Shown here: positions 13,403-25,046 of the stretch, piece by piece
Layout of the letters: every line of letters begins with the position of its first letter
How positions within the stretch are numbered: the first letter of the stretch is position 1
Source of the DNA: Octopus bimaculoides
Lineage: Eukaryota
Length of the DNA: 64,000 nucleotides
Assembly (NCBI RefSeq): GCF_001194135.2
Contig: NC_069005.1
Coordinates: 2,353,941-2,417,940, forward strand
Direction of reading: 5' to 3'
The notes under the pieces: model-generated
Databases searched by the model: none
What the model was told of the DNA's origin: nothing
The model's input: the letters and a program-made list of their open reading frames with translations, nothing else
Translations under genes and position numbers: made by a program

Positions 13403-13845
13403 TCGAAAAACGATTAAGATTGTTCATCATTTTTTCAGTCTGTGGAGAAATGGCTAAAATTTGCCCTGTTTATAATTATACCATATGTTGCATATATATA
13501 TATATATATATGTATGGATATATTTACCCAACTAACTTTTCTTGTTTGTGTTTCATTTTGTTTATCGTTTCTATTTTGTACAATGCACTTTGTGTTCTCT
13601 TAAACGCCCCAATCTTATTTCCGATGTATTTTCGGATGTTCCGTTCGTATCTTCCCAATTTATCTCCACTTTTGGGATCTGACGATACTTTTATATCAGG
13701 GTTACTGTATCTCCCGGAATTACACTGCTGTTTTTGGTCGCCTCGTCTTGGGAATAGAGCACACGCGCAAACATGTACATATACGCACGCACGCATTCAC
13801 ACACGCACGAACACACACACGGACAAACATATATATATATATAAA

Positions 13846-13909
<64 letters not shown>

Positions 13910-13914
13910 TACAC

Positions 13915-13945
<31 letters not shown>

Positions 13946-14027
13946 TACATATGTGTACATACGCACACACACATATATATGTGTGCGTATATATATATAT
14001 ACACACGCATCTATATGCATACACACA

Positions 14028-14074
<47 letters not shown>

Positions 14075-14409
14075 TCACACACATACATACATACATACAT
14101 ACATTTATGCTAGAGTATAGATGTAGCAAAGTCTAAAAGTTTTGGAATAATTTTTCCTTCTTTTCCAAAATCCATTTATCTCTGCTCAATTTATTTACTT
14201 TGCCAATATTTTAACCAAATATTGATTCTATAGAATTCTGGCTACGCAGCATTTTGCAGGCTATATTTTGGTAGTCTTCTTCAAGAATCAAAACTAGAAC
14301 TACGCAATCCCCGTGGCCTCATGGGTACAGCTAACTTTTTTTTTTTTTTTTTTTTTCCATTGTTCGTAATCTTATATTTTGGGGATAAATATATCTTATA
14401 ATGCTGTTC

Positions 14410-14485
14410 TTGTTTAACCCCAGGTCAGGTCTGAACGAGGAGACTTATGATCAATATTATTTCAACCGTGACCAACACCTATATT
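14410..14485 (+). repeat. Short dispersed repeat fragment (GTTTAACCCCAGGTCAG...GACTTATGATCAA)
   Basis: A partial match, AGCAGACTTATGATCAAAG, occurs near 52355, and GTTTAGCCC near 11548. Confidence 0.35.
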
Positions 14486-14559
14486 TTCCACGTACTGCAT
14501 CTTTGGAATTATTTTACTCAGTGTGATCGTTTTTCAAAGCTGGTTTGCTGTGGTGGGAT

Positions 14560-15150
14560 AATGCTTTAGATCAGACTGAGACCGATCCTTAAATCGAAAT
14601 TAAAGGGACGGAAAAAGATTGAAGCTATCAACACCTGGGAGGTTTCTCTTCTTAGATATGGAACTGGGGTAATCGTATGGACAGTAGACGAGCTAAACAG
14701 CTTAGTCAGAAAGACAAGGAAGTTGCTGACTAGATATGGGATACTCCACCCAAAAAGTGGCTGCATGTACCAAGAAAAAGAGGAGGAAGAGGGCTGATTG
14801 GATGCGAACACAGCATTACAGCAAAAAAGTGGTATGAACATAAACCCGAAGGCATCATCGGAAATGATAATGCAAAGATCCTATGGGATTTTATGATTAG
14901 TGCGACCATGAAATAGAGAAAAGGAAATCAGATATAGTGTTAATTGAGAAAGAAAACAAACTATGCTGGAAGGTGTGCGATAAAGAAGAAAGAAAAGTCG
15001 ATAGATATAACGGGTTAGCTTGGGAGGTTAAGCAGTTGTGGTCGATAAACAAGGTGGTAGTAGTACCAATAATTGTTGGGTCTCTGGGAACAGGGAGTAA
15101 AAATCTTGAGAAGTACATGGAACAAATAGGGGCTGCAATGAGGCATGCAC
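14560..15150 (+). mobile_element. R4/Dong-like RLE LINE relic with internal deletions
   Basis: Translates as RPILKSKLKGRKKIEAINTWEVSLLRYGTGVIVWTVDELNSLVRKTRKLLTRYGILHPKS..LHVPRKRGGRGLIGCE, then WYEHKPEGIIGNDNAKILWDF..CDHEIEKRKSDIVLIEK...VVVPIIVGSLG. These are the late-RT/thumb and RLE motifs typical of the R4/Dong clade. Confidence 0.85.
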
Positions 15151-15179
15151 TGCTCTCTTTCACTCAATAATAATAATAA

Positions 15180-15420
15180 TGGTTTCAAATTTTGCCACAA
15201 GTGCAGCAATTTAGAAGGAGGGGGGATGAGTCGATTACATGGACCCCAGTACGCAAATGGCACTCAACTAGTATTCAACTGGTACTTAATTTAACGATCC
15301 CGAAACGGCTGAACGGCAAGGTCGACCCCGGCAGAATTTGAACTCGGAACACAAAGACAGACGAAATACCGCTAAGTATTCACGTCCGGCGTGCTAACAA
15401 TACTGTCAACACGCCACCTT
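15180..15420 (-). mobile_element. SINE family A, flanked on both sides by (TAA)n
   Basis: Reverse complement of AAGGTGGCG...GTTAGCAC...TTCCGAGTTCAAATTC...GGTCGACCTTGCC...AAGTACCAG...CTGGGGTC. (TAA)n lies at 15168-15180 and 15420-15485. Confidence 0.85.
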
Positions 15421-15870
15421 AATAATAATAATAATAATAATTAAATCATAATAATAATGATAATAATAATAATAATAATAATGATAAAACTAACAACAAC
15501 ACCCAAACACGGCGAGTATATAATCAACGAATGTACTGTAGCTTATTTATGGTGAAATAAACAAGAGCGACCATTTAAAAACCCAACCGTGTTGTAATGT
15601 TTCGCTAGGATTTATTTCAAGTTGTCTTCATCATAAACAAAAACTATAGCATTACCGATATTGGCCGACTAAATAACTGTTTGGGGAGTTGAAGAGACTT
15701 GCTCTAAAACAATATCGAGTGTCTAACCAGACTCGACTTGTTGAAATTTAATTCGATTAGTTCGCCCATACTATATGTTTATCTGTTTTATATTATTGAA
15801 TCGTACTGATTTTTTTTTTTTTACTATTTTTATTATTTCATGTTTTATGTGTGCACGCACGTATACATGC

Positions 15871-15912
<42 letters not shown>

Positions 15913-16029
15913 CATACACACATATATATGTATATATATGTACATATATATATGTATGTATATTTGCATAGATTTAAGTGTGTATTGATGTGTGTGAATG
16001 TATATATATTTATAAAAAATATAAGGATG

Positions 16030-16065
<36 letters not shown>

Positions 16066-16117
16066 TACTTAAGTGTACATACATATATATATAAATTTAT
16101 ACAAACATACAGACGTG

Positions 16118-16161
<44 letters not shown>

Positions 16162-16328
16162 TATATATACATATATGTATGTATATATAAATTTATATAT
16201 ATGTTTACATACATTTATATGTATATATTTGTATACATATATCTGCATATATGTACACATACATGTGTATATGCATATAAATATACATAGATATGTATGT
16301 ACATATGTAACTAAATAAATAATCTTAT

Positions 16329-16379
<51 letters not shown>

Positions 16380-17165
16380 CACATTAATATGTATACACAC
16401 ATAAATACACACACTATGAATAAATATATGTAAACATGTAGAAATACACACATACATGAATATATGTGTGTGTGTGTTTGTATATGTATGTATATATGTA
16501 TATATTTATGTATATATATATATATGTATATATTTATGTATATATATATATGTATATATTTATATATTTCCCGTTCTACCGGTGCATCAGAAAGTTTCGA
16601 ATCGAATGAATTTGCGTGATTGTAATCAAGAAAATGAAGTCAGGGCTGTTCTGCCATAAACACCACCCCTCTCTCCAGAGTGTACTCAAGACTACCCGGG
16701 AGTATGCGTCTAGTTTAATCAAACGTTTTTTTAAGTGTTTTAGAAATGTAATTCTGGGTAATCAATATGTCTGTCAATTAATTGTTTATTGTTATTATTA
16801 TTATTGCTGTTTTCATTATTTTTGTTGTTATAGTTATTGTTGTTGTTACTATTATTATTACTATTATTATTATTATTTTTTTTGGTTTTAAATACCAACA
16901 ATGGAGAAAGAAGGACGCTCATTCATTACTTCAAACTGACTGAACATTTTCGTAATGTTTATTTAGGAGAAAACTCAATCAGTCTAATTGGACGCATTGA
17001 ATTACTGGTACACACATACACACATACACACCTATACATTTACAAATAAATAAGTAATNNNNNNNNNNNNNNNNNNNNNNNNNNNNNNNNNNNNNNNNNN
17101 NNNNNNNNNNNNNNNNNNNNNNNNNNNNNNNNNNNNNNNNNNNNNNNNNNNNNNNNNNTACATAC

Positions 17166-17201
<36 letters not shown>

Positions 17202-17214
17202 GTGTGTGTGTATC

Positions 17215-17379
17215 TATTTGCGTTTCTGTGTTTGTCCGCCCACCATCGCTGGACAACTGATGTTGGTGTGTTTACGTCCCCGTAAGATAGCGGTTCAGCA
17301 AAAGCAACCGATAGAATAAGTACTAGGCTTACAAAGAATAAGTCCTGAGGTCGATTTGCTCGACTAAAGGCGGTGCTCC
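17215..17379 (+). mobile_element. SINE family B 3' half, truncated
   Basis: Homologous to 10130-10305 and ends abruptly at GGCGGTGCTCC. Confidence 0.85.
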
Positions 17380-17380
17380 G

Positions 17381-17502
17381 CCAAATCAACTCACAAGGCT
17401 TCGGTCGGTCCGATGCTATAGTAAAAGACACTTGTCCAGGGACTGAACCCGGAACCATGTGGTTGGTAAGCAAGCTACGTACCACACAGCTACTCCTGCG
17501 CC
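17381..17502 (-). mobile_element. SINE family B 5' half, inverted
   Basis: CCAAATCAACTCACAAGGCTT...GGACTGAACCCGGAACCATGTGG...CTCCTGCGCC is the reverse complement of the family B head. Confidence 0.85.
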
Positions 17503-17771
17503 TTTATATATATATAAAGAGATTTGTATGATTGGGTATGTGGGACTCTGCTTGTGTGCATAGTGAGTGTGCTTGCGTGCATGTGTGTGTGTGTGTGCAG
17601 ACAAGCGCAAACTGCTTTAGAAAGTCAAATTCCACATTTGCAGGATTTGAATTGAGCATTTAAGGAAGACTTTCTAGCATAATACTATCGAGGCATTCCT
17701 TTCTGCTGCTACTTTGCTGTTTCCTGCTTTTACTTTTTTCGTGTTTCTCTTTTCTTTGTGTATTTTCGTTT

Positions 17772-17800
17772 CTGATGGAGAACTAACGTCCGAAACGTTA
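17772..17800 (+). other. Degenerate minimal hammerhead-like motif (Penelope-type terminus)
   Basis: CTGATGG-A-GAAC-TAAC-GTCC-GAAA-CGTTA. The CUGANGA core has one change and stem II has one mismatch. Confidence 0.4.
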
Positions 17801-18561
17801 TTGGCCGCAGTCAAATAACTGAAACAAATAAAAAGAAAAAAATATTGTGCTAAAACACAACACAATTCAGAGGTTGGCGAATCGAAATTGTCTCCGATGT
17901 GATAAATGCATATTTCGCCCTTCTCGCGGCTTGTCAGCGTCACGTACGCGTGTCAATTCCGAAATTATATTAAATCAGACAGTCTGAATTATATAGACTT
18001 AGTGTATAAACTATTCACTGATTTACAATGGCGTACCAAAATCAGGATAGAACTAGAGTCATAATAAGCTTTATGTTACGTACTTAAAACGTTTCGTTTC
18101 GAAGCATACTAATATATGTATGTTCATTAAACTGGTGCGGGTAAAAATAGGATAAATCATTCTCAGGAAACGCTTGATATGAGGTCAGAAATCTAGTCGA
18201 ATAATTCCAAATAAGGACAAACCACCCATATAGGTGTGACGAACAGCTGTCTAAACACGATCAAGATATTCCATGATTCTAATTCTCTTCTGAAACATGG
18301 GTTGTCCAGATTCAAGTCCGAGTATATCCGAGTGTGATTCGAATGTTGTCACACACTTTCTGAGCTGTGCTTCTGTACCTCTCAGCAATTAAACACATAC
18401 TGTCGAACGCCCATCTGAATATACGTATCCGTACACATACGTACCGAAACTAATTTCTACAATATAAAGTTGTATTCAACAATTTTAATCTTCATACTAC
18501 TTCATAAAGAAAACTCTCCCCCTTCTTTCTCTCCCACCTCTGTATTATACGTATGTGTGTG

Positions 18562-18605
<44 letters not shown>

Positions 18606-18716
18606 TACACACGTATATAGATATAAGTACACACACAAATATATACAGTTATATGTATATTATATATGCATACGCTTATATATGTATATATTATACATTT
18701 ATATACATATATGTAC

Positions 18717-18749
<33 letters not shown>

Positions 18750-19260
18750 CATATATATATATGCACATATGTATATACATATATATATGCGTGCGCGCGT
18801 GTGTGTTTGTGTATATATTAACACACACACACACACACACACACACGCCTATTCACGCACACATCATGCCTACATACAAAGCCACCTTCTAGTTAGAAAC
18901 ACAGATTTGAGCAGACAAAAATAGCGCATCTACATGTTAAAGTGCTCTCTTTCTCTCTTTCCTCCCCCCTCTCTCTCTCTGTTATACATAGATAAAGTCC
19001 TTCACTTCAGTTATCTATCCATTCCTCTTTTTAAAAGCAGACCGCTCTACTACTACTACTACTACTTCTACTACAGACCATCTCGCTGTGAAGGTTTATT
19101 ATTTCTCATGGGAATTTTTTAGTGTATTAAGATTGCAAATGGAGAAAAATATTTTAAATAAAATAAAAATTGTGAAAAAAGCACACACAAAAACATGTGT
19201 ATATATATAGATATATATATACATATGCATACATACATACATACATACATACATACACAC

Positions 19261-19344
<84 letters not shown>

Positions 19345-19949
19345 TATATACACACACATTTATGTATGTATGTATTTATAACGTAAAATAAATTTAAAAA
19401 GCCGAAACTAAATCAAATGCAGGCTAACAAACAAAAGGCAGTTTAGTCCGAAAGATTAATATTGTCGAGAATGCAAATAGAAGAATAAGTAAATAAACAA
19501 ACCTATATTTACTCGCCGAGATTGATTCTGAGTGAAAGAAACTGTCTGACATATAGACTGCGTAGATCGATTTTAGTTTTGGCACTGTGTTGTTAGAATT
19601 GAGGAAAAGTGAGCCATAAGTGTTAGCTCTTGATTCTGTAGAGGTCAAACGGCTAAAATGATATCGGTTGTGTACGACGGGGCCAGGGCATCATAAGGGT
19701 TAACTCTTTTCATGCCAAACCATCTGAGACTGCTATTAGTTCTTTGATAGGAATTTTGTTTTAAAGTGATCTAATTTAAAATATTCCACGCAAATTTTTC
19801 ATGTTAAATGATAGTGCAAACATTAGTTTACGCGCGCACGCGCGCACACACACACACACACACACATTAATAGAGCCCATTACTCCGGTATTCGAGTACT
19901 ATTTTTCCCACTTTGTTTCACATTTATGTGCTTACCCTTGTCTATATAT

Positions 19950-20031
19950 ACGTATATTCGAACTCAAAACGTAGCGATGAGTAAAATACCGCTAAGCATT
20001 TTGTCCGACGTGCTAACGATTCTGCCAGCTT
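19950..20031 (-). mobile_element. SINE family A 5' head fragment
   Basis: TTCGAACTCAAAACGTAG...AATACCGCTAAGCATTTTGTCCGACGTGCTAACGATTCTGCCAGCT. Confidence 0.8.
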
Positions 20032-20482
20032 GCTTGGGATTTTATGATTCAGTGCGACCATGAGATAGACAGTAGGAAGCCAGACAGTCTTAATTGAGAA
20101 AAAAAAACAAAAAAAAACAAGCTATGCTGGATCATAGATATAGCATGCCAAGCTGACAACAAGGTATGCGATAAGGAAGAAAGAAAAGTTGATAGATATG
20201 ACAGGTTAGCTTGGGAAGTTAAGCAGTTGTGGTCAATGAAAAAGTAGCAGTAGTACCAATAATTGTCGGAACCCTGGGAACAGTGAGTAGCAATGCTGAG
20301 AAGAACGTGGAACATATAGGGGCTGCAATAAGGGTGGGGGACATGCAGAAAAGAGCTCTGTTTGGAACCGCTCGAATACTCCGGAAGGTGCTCGGAAAGT
20401 AAGAGGTATTACCTTAGTTCACTGGTTGGGAACAGCTGACACTGTAGTACATCTCCAGTGTTAGAAGCTGTGCAAAGGCAAT
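20032..20482 (+). mobile_element. R4/Dong-like LINE 3' end (RLE domain, stop, 3'UTR and (TAA)n tail)
   Basis: WDFMIQCDHEIDSRKPD...LCWIIDIACQADNKVCDKEERKVDRYDRLAWEVKQLWS..VVPIIVGTLG...ALFGTARILRKVLGK*, then about 80 nt of UTR and AATAATAAT. Clearly homologous to 14880-15145. Confidence 0.88.
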
Positions 20483-20534
20483 AATAATAATAATAATAAT
20501 GATAATAATAATGATAATAATACTAATGATAATC

Positions 20535-20750
20535 ATGATCCTTTCTACTGGAAGCACAAGGTTTCAAATTTTGGAGGAAGGGGTTAAGACGATTACATCG
20601 ACGTCAATACGTAACTGGTACTATTTTTATCGACCCCGAAAGGCTGAAAAGTAAAGTCGATCTCGGCGGAATTCGAACTCAAAACCTAATGGCAGACAAG
20701 ATAATGCTAAGCATTTTACCCAGTGTGCTAAAGATTCTGCCAGCTCGACG
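20535..20750 (-). mobile_element. SINE family A, flanked by (TAA)n-type repeats
   Basis: Reverse-complement family A sequence with TAA repeats at 20481-20530 and 20760-20810. Confidence 0.85.
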
Positions 20751-21214
20751 TCTACTTAGTAATAATAATAATAGTAATAATAATAACGATAACAATAATA
20801 ATAATAATAATGATGCCATTTATTTGCAATAATAAAAATAATAAAACCAACCGAATACACAAGAACTGTGTTGTGTAGCAGTAAGATATCGCATTATTTC
20901 CGTCGTAAATCACTTTCGAAGAAAAGTGCTGAAAAGAAGGACTTTGGTGCCACTGTTTAGTGGAGTCAATAAAAAGAGCCGACAGAAAGCTGTAAAGGCC
21001 ATTGAAAGAACAAAGCAAATGTTCACGTCTGTGATGCTCTTGCAAGACCAACAGACACTCATTTAGATAAGAAATCACAAGGGGAAAGCGCGTTCTTTAC
21101 TTTACTTGAGACCAAATTAAGATTTATGCTTATTTCGGTTTTTAATTCGTTCCAATCGTTAACAGAATACAATCAAGTTCTGAGAATGTCCTATGCAGCA
21201 GCATCAGCAGCAGC

Positions 21215-21219
<5 letters not shown>

Positions 21220-21247
<28 letters not shown>

Positions 21248-21595
21248 TTTAGTAATAGTAGTAATAATATTAGTAGTAGTCGTTCCCATCATCATTATTG
21301 TCATCGTCATTGTCGCCGTCGTTATTGAGAACGACAACGACGATGACCACCACCATCACTACCATTTCATCATCATCATCATCGTCGTCGTTGTCATCAT
21401 CCTCATCATCACAATCGTCATCATTATCATCATCGTAATCATGATGATAATGATCATCATCCCCATCATTATCATCGTCGTCCTCGTTATCATCATCATC
21501 GCCATCGACGTCGTCGTCACTGTCGTCGACGTAGTTATCCTCCTCCTCCTCATTCTCGTGATCATCCTCATCCTCATCATCATCGTCATTGCCGT
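21220..21595. repeat. Compound (ATT/ATC/GTC)n trinucleotide tract
   Basis: Direct reading. It explains the poly-Ile/Val ORF calls. Confidence 0.9.
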
Positions 21596-22009
21596 GGTAC
21601 CTTATCTAGTTGACTGTGACGTGGACACTGCGTAATATATCCTACGCATAGGCGCCATACGAGACTTACTGGTCAAGAAGTTCGCCTCGTAATCCACTCA
21701 TTCAGGTTCGATCCTGTTGCACAATAACTGCACTGGTATCTATCACTCATCTTCTTTTGACCAAAGTACTCCTGGTGGAATATGGTAAAGAGTTCCATAA
21801 CGTGTCTGACGAAAATAATTCGAGATTATTTAAAACAATTGGAATAGAGCTACAGAAATATTGGAACCTTCAAATGGAGATCTGAATTACAGATTCCATT
21901 ATTTTGGTCGCCTGTTCTATTCCTAGCGGCGCATTGTATCGTCGAGCAAGGCACGATATTTCACGTAGCTTAAGTCCTTACAGCTAGCAAAACGGGTAGC
22001 ACTTGTAGT

Positions 22010-22197
22010 TCAAACGGCCAGCCCTGTGTCATATTCCATATCACGTTGAATTTTTCTCAGAACTATGTTAAGGGTAGGTGTGTCTGTGGTACGCGTGTCT
22101 CTGGAGTGCTCAGCCACTCGCACGTTGATTTCATGAGCAGGCTGTTACGTTGATTGGATCAACTGGAACCCTCGTCGTCGTAAGCGACGGAGTGCCG
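22010..22197 (+). mobile_element. SINE family C-related 3' half
   Basis: GGAGTGCTCAGCCACTCGCACGTTGATTTCATGAGCAGGCTGTT...GGAACCCTCGTCGTCGTAAGCGACGGAGTGCC aligns to 13190-13358. Confidence 0.85.
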
Positions 22198-22424
22198 GTT
22201 TTGGTTTATAATTTATTTTGCGAAAAAAGAAATTCTTATTAGGCGGGAGATTGTCATATTATTTCAAGTTCATGATGACGAGATGAATGTTGTTTTTGAA
22301 GGCAAGGTTACGCAGCCATTCGTTGGTGGATTTTGACTTATTGTATCGTTTCTTATCTATCTATCTATGTACTCATCTATCTATCCATGTAACCATCTAT
22401 CTATCCATCTATCTATCTTTACTA

Positions 22425-22484
22425 ATAATAATGATGATGATAACCACAATAACAACTACAACAATAATAATAATGACGATGATT

Positions 22485-22521
<37 letters not shown>

Positions 22522-22540
22522 TAATAATAATGATATTAGA
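22425..22540. repeat. (TAA/CAA)n microsatellite
   Basis: Direct reading. Confidence 0.9.
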
Positions 22541-23476
22541 AATGCCGTTGACGATTCTGTGAGTGAGGAAATTATCAATATCGTTAATGGCAACAATGAA
22601 GTTGAAAACCTTATTGCATCGATGATGGTAACAACGGAACAATAATTACTTAATGAAGTATTGAAACAGGTGGTTACGTTTGGCGGGGTACCTCACTTCA
22701 GATCGTATACGTTTACCTTGAAAGAAAGAAGATGGTGTTTATAATTACGTAGTCAGAAAGGGGTGGCGATAATTAAATAAAGATAATGAGTTTTCTAATG
22801 GAATAACAAATCAAATAACACTGTTTCGTGAACGCTTGATTGAATCTGACATTTCCACAGCAGAAACGGGATCATATTGAGGAAAGATGTTAGTTGTGAA
22901 GAGACACTATAAGAAACAAATAAAAAGAAGGAAGCGATAAACACAGAGAAAATGAAGCTATGACCTCGAGTCAGCCATTTGACGTTCATCGATACTCTTG
23001 TTACGGCTTTCAGTTCGAGTGGACTTCGCAATGGCAATCGATAGCATTCAATGTCATTTAATGTGTAAAATAGGTCTTGCTTTCCCCAACTGATCAATTT
23101 GCATATAGCGATAATTGTATTTCGATCTGTCAAGAGCTAAATACTCAGGGCCGAGGCAGATACAATAGCGATGTTGAAGAGATGCCGATATTGGTGCTGT
23201 GTACACAGCAGTTTTCCAGCGCTTTCTTTGCTGAATTTTTGTTTTTGACAATGTATATGTATATATATTACCTGCACACTTAACCGAGATGAATTCACAC
23301 ACGCATAAACACACACACACACACACACTCAGACACACACACACACACTCAGACACACACACACACATATATATATAACGTATAAATTTACACATACATA
23401 AATATATATTTTATTTATATCTGTATATATGTATATATATTAACAGACATATATATATATATAAACATATATATGG

Positions 23477-23507
<31 letters not shown>

Positions 23508-23532
23508 CATACATATATACGTGTATATACAT

Positions 23533-23566
<34 letters not shown>

Positions 23567-24033
23567 CCTCTATATCACGGCATTTGCTATGGTGAAAGTG
23601 TTACAAGGGAGTTCCTGTATAACAGTGACAAAACAAATACAACAATGTATTTTCCTTGCAAACCAACGATTTATAGGACTTAATCATCGATATAAATCTC
23701 TCACGGTCGATTTCAACGCACATAAACACTTTAGTTTTGTCACTCGAAAATCTTGTTTTTCTCGCAATTTCCGCTTTTTCTAACTCATTTTCGTTATTGT
23801 TGAAGGAAACAAAAATTCTAGTGGGAACATTTCTGGAAGAATGTCTTCATCCTTATGAAATGCAGCCTCTGGTTTTTCAAATGTATCCATACGTATTATA
23901 GGGTTGGTTCTAACTGCGGTTCGAATTTCAAATGATGAACATTAGTTTCACAAATATCTTGCAGCTTGCACTTAACAATATCAATTTTATGCAGAAGTCG
24001 CCACAGGTCAATATTCCATTATACGTAAACGCG

Positions 24034-24083
<50 letters not shown>

Positions 24084-24107
24084 GTCGGTTGTCTATCTAC
24101 TCCTCAG

Positions 24108-24228
24108 AGAGCTGACAACTGATGAAGGGTCCATTCTTTGTGTTTACTCGTCCTGTTTTCCATTTTCTCTCTCTCTCGTTGTTTACGTATCTCATGTTGT
24201 TTACACAGCTGGTGACGTCCTGTACCTA
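24108..24228 (+). repeat. Dispersed repeat with a second copy at 45797-45930
   Basis: ACAACTGATGAAGGG...TTCTTTGTGTT...GTCCTGTTTTC...CTCTCGTTGTTT...CATGTTGTTTAC...GGTGACGTCCTGTA is shared by both loci. Confidence 0.75.
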
Positions 24229-25012
24229 TATATGCATGCATGCATGCATTATGTATGTATGTATGTATGTATAAGCATATGAGTATATATGGCTTTGGTC
24301 GTCGGCAGCCATAAATACAATGAATTCAAACGATTGAATAGGAAATGACAAAAGTACCAGACAAAATAAGCGACAAGTAACACTCCATCATTTGTATCCT
24401 CAAGGACAATCGCACTTTTGACGTCTGAGGTGTCAGTCAAAATTGTTAAACAGCAGATGCACAAAACCAATTCCAGCAATCATTGTTTATTCTCATAGTA
24501 TTCCATTCATGTTGTTTTGCAGATGTCATAAATGATTTTTGAAGCGTTTATCTCTATTGTTTCAGCTTAGAGTTACTCAAATTGCATATATTTTTAATTC
24601 GGGGTTTTTTAAATAATTGCTTTCGATTTTCTTTCTGGATGGAAATTCCTCAAACTCCAAACTTACGTGGGTTTTTATTCTTCATATGTCGTTTTTGAGC
24701 ATAACATTGGTCTCTTATTCTTGTCCGATCCTCATGTATTTGTTATAATGTTGTTTGAGTATTTGTTGTATCTCTTGGAGTAAGTCTATTATGAATCCAT
24801 TACAAAACGTGAATTATTTCTCCGGAGGGACATTCTGAGAGGCAAAACAAGTTCTCACGTTGCAAGAATATACGCAATAAATCATACTTATATACGTTCT
24901 TTGAAATTTCAATTCTCTTGCAATCCTTAAATTATTTTCCAATTGTTGGTTCCCTAGTATAATGATTAAGACACACACAAACACACATATGCATGCATGC
25001 ATGCATGCATAT

Positions 25013-25039
<27 letters not shown>

Positions 25040-25046
<7 letters not shown>

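Noticed and set aside
21126-21635. 169-aa hydrophobic, membrane-like ORF
   Set aside because: It is produced by ATT/ATC/GTC trinucleotide repeats.
21805-21845. CTGACGA-AAATAAT/ATTATTT-AAAAC hammerhead-like string
   Set aside because: It lacks G12, a valid cleavage triplet and stem I, and the AT-only stem is plausible by chance.
22367-22645. Poly-Asn ORF with a short acidic tail
   Set aside because: It is a (TAA)n/(CAA)n microsatellite, with no splice or homology support.
22717-22793. Possible minus-strand exon KTHYLYLIIATLSDYVIINTIFFLS
   Set aside because: The donor is weak (GTAAAC), the sequence is AT-rich, and no family is recognisable, so it is likely chance.
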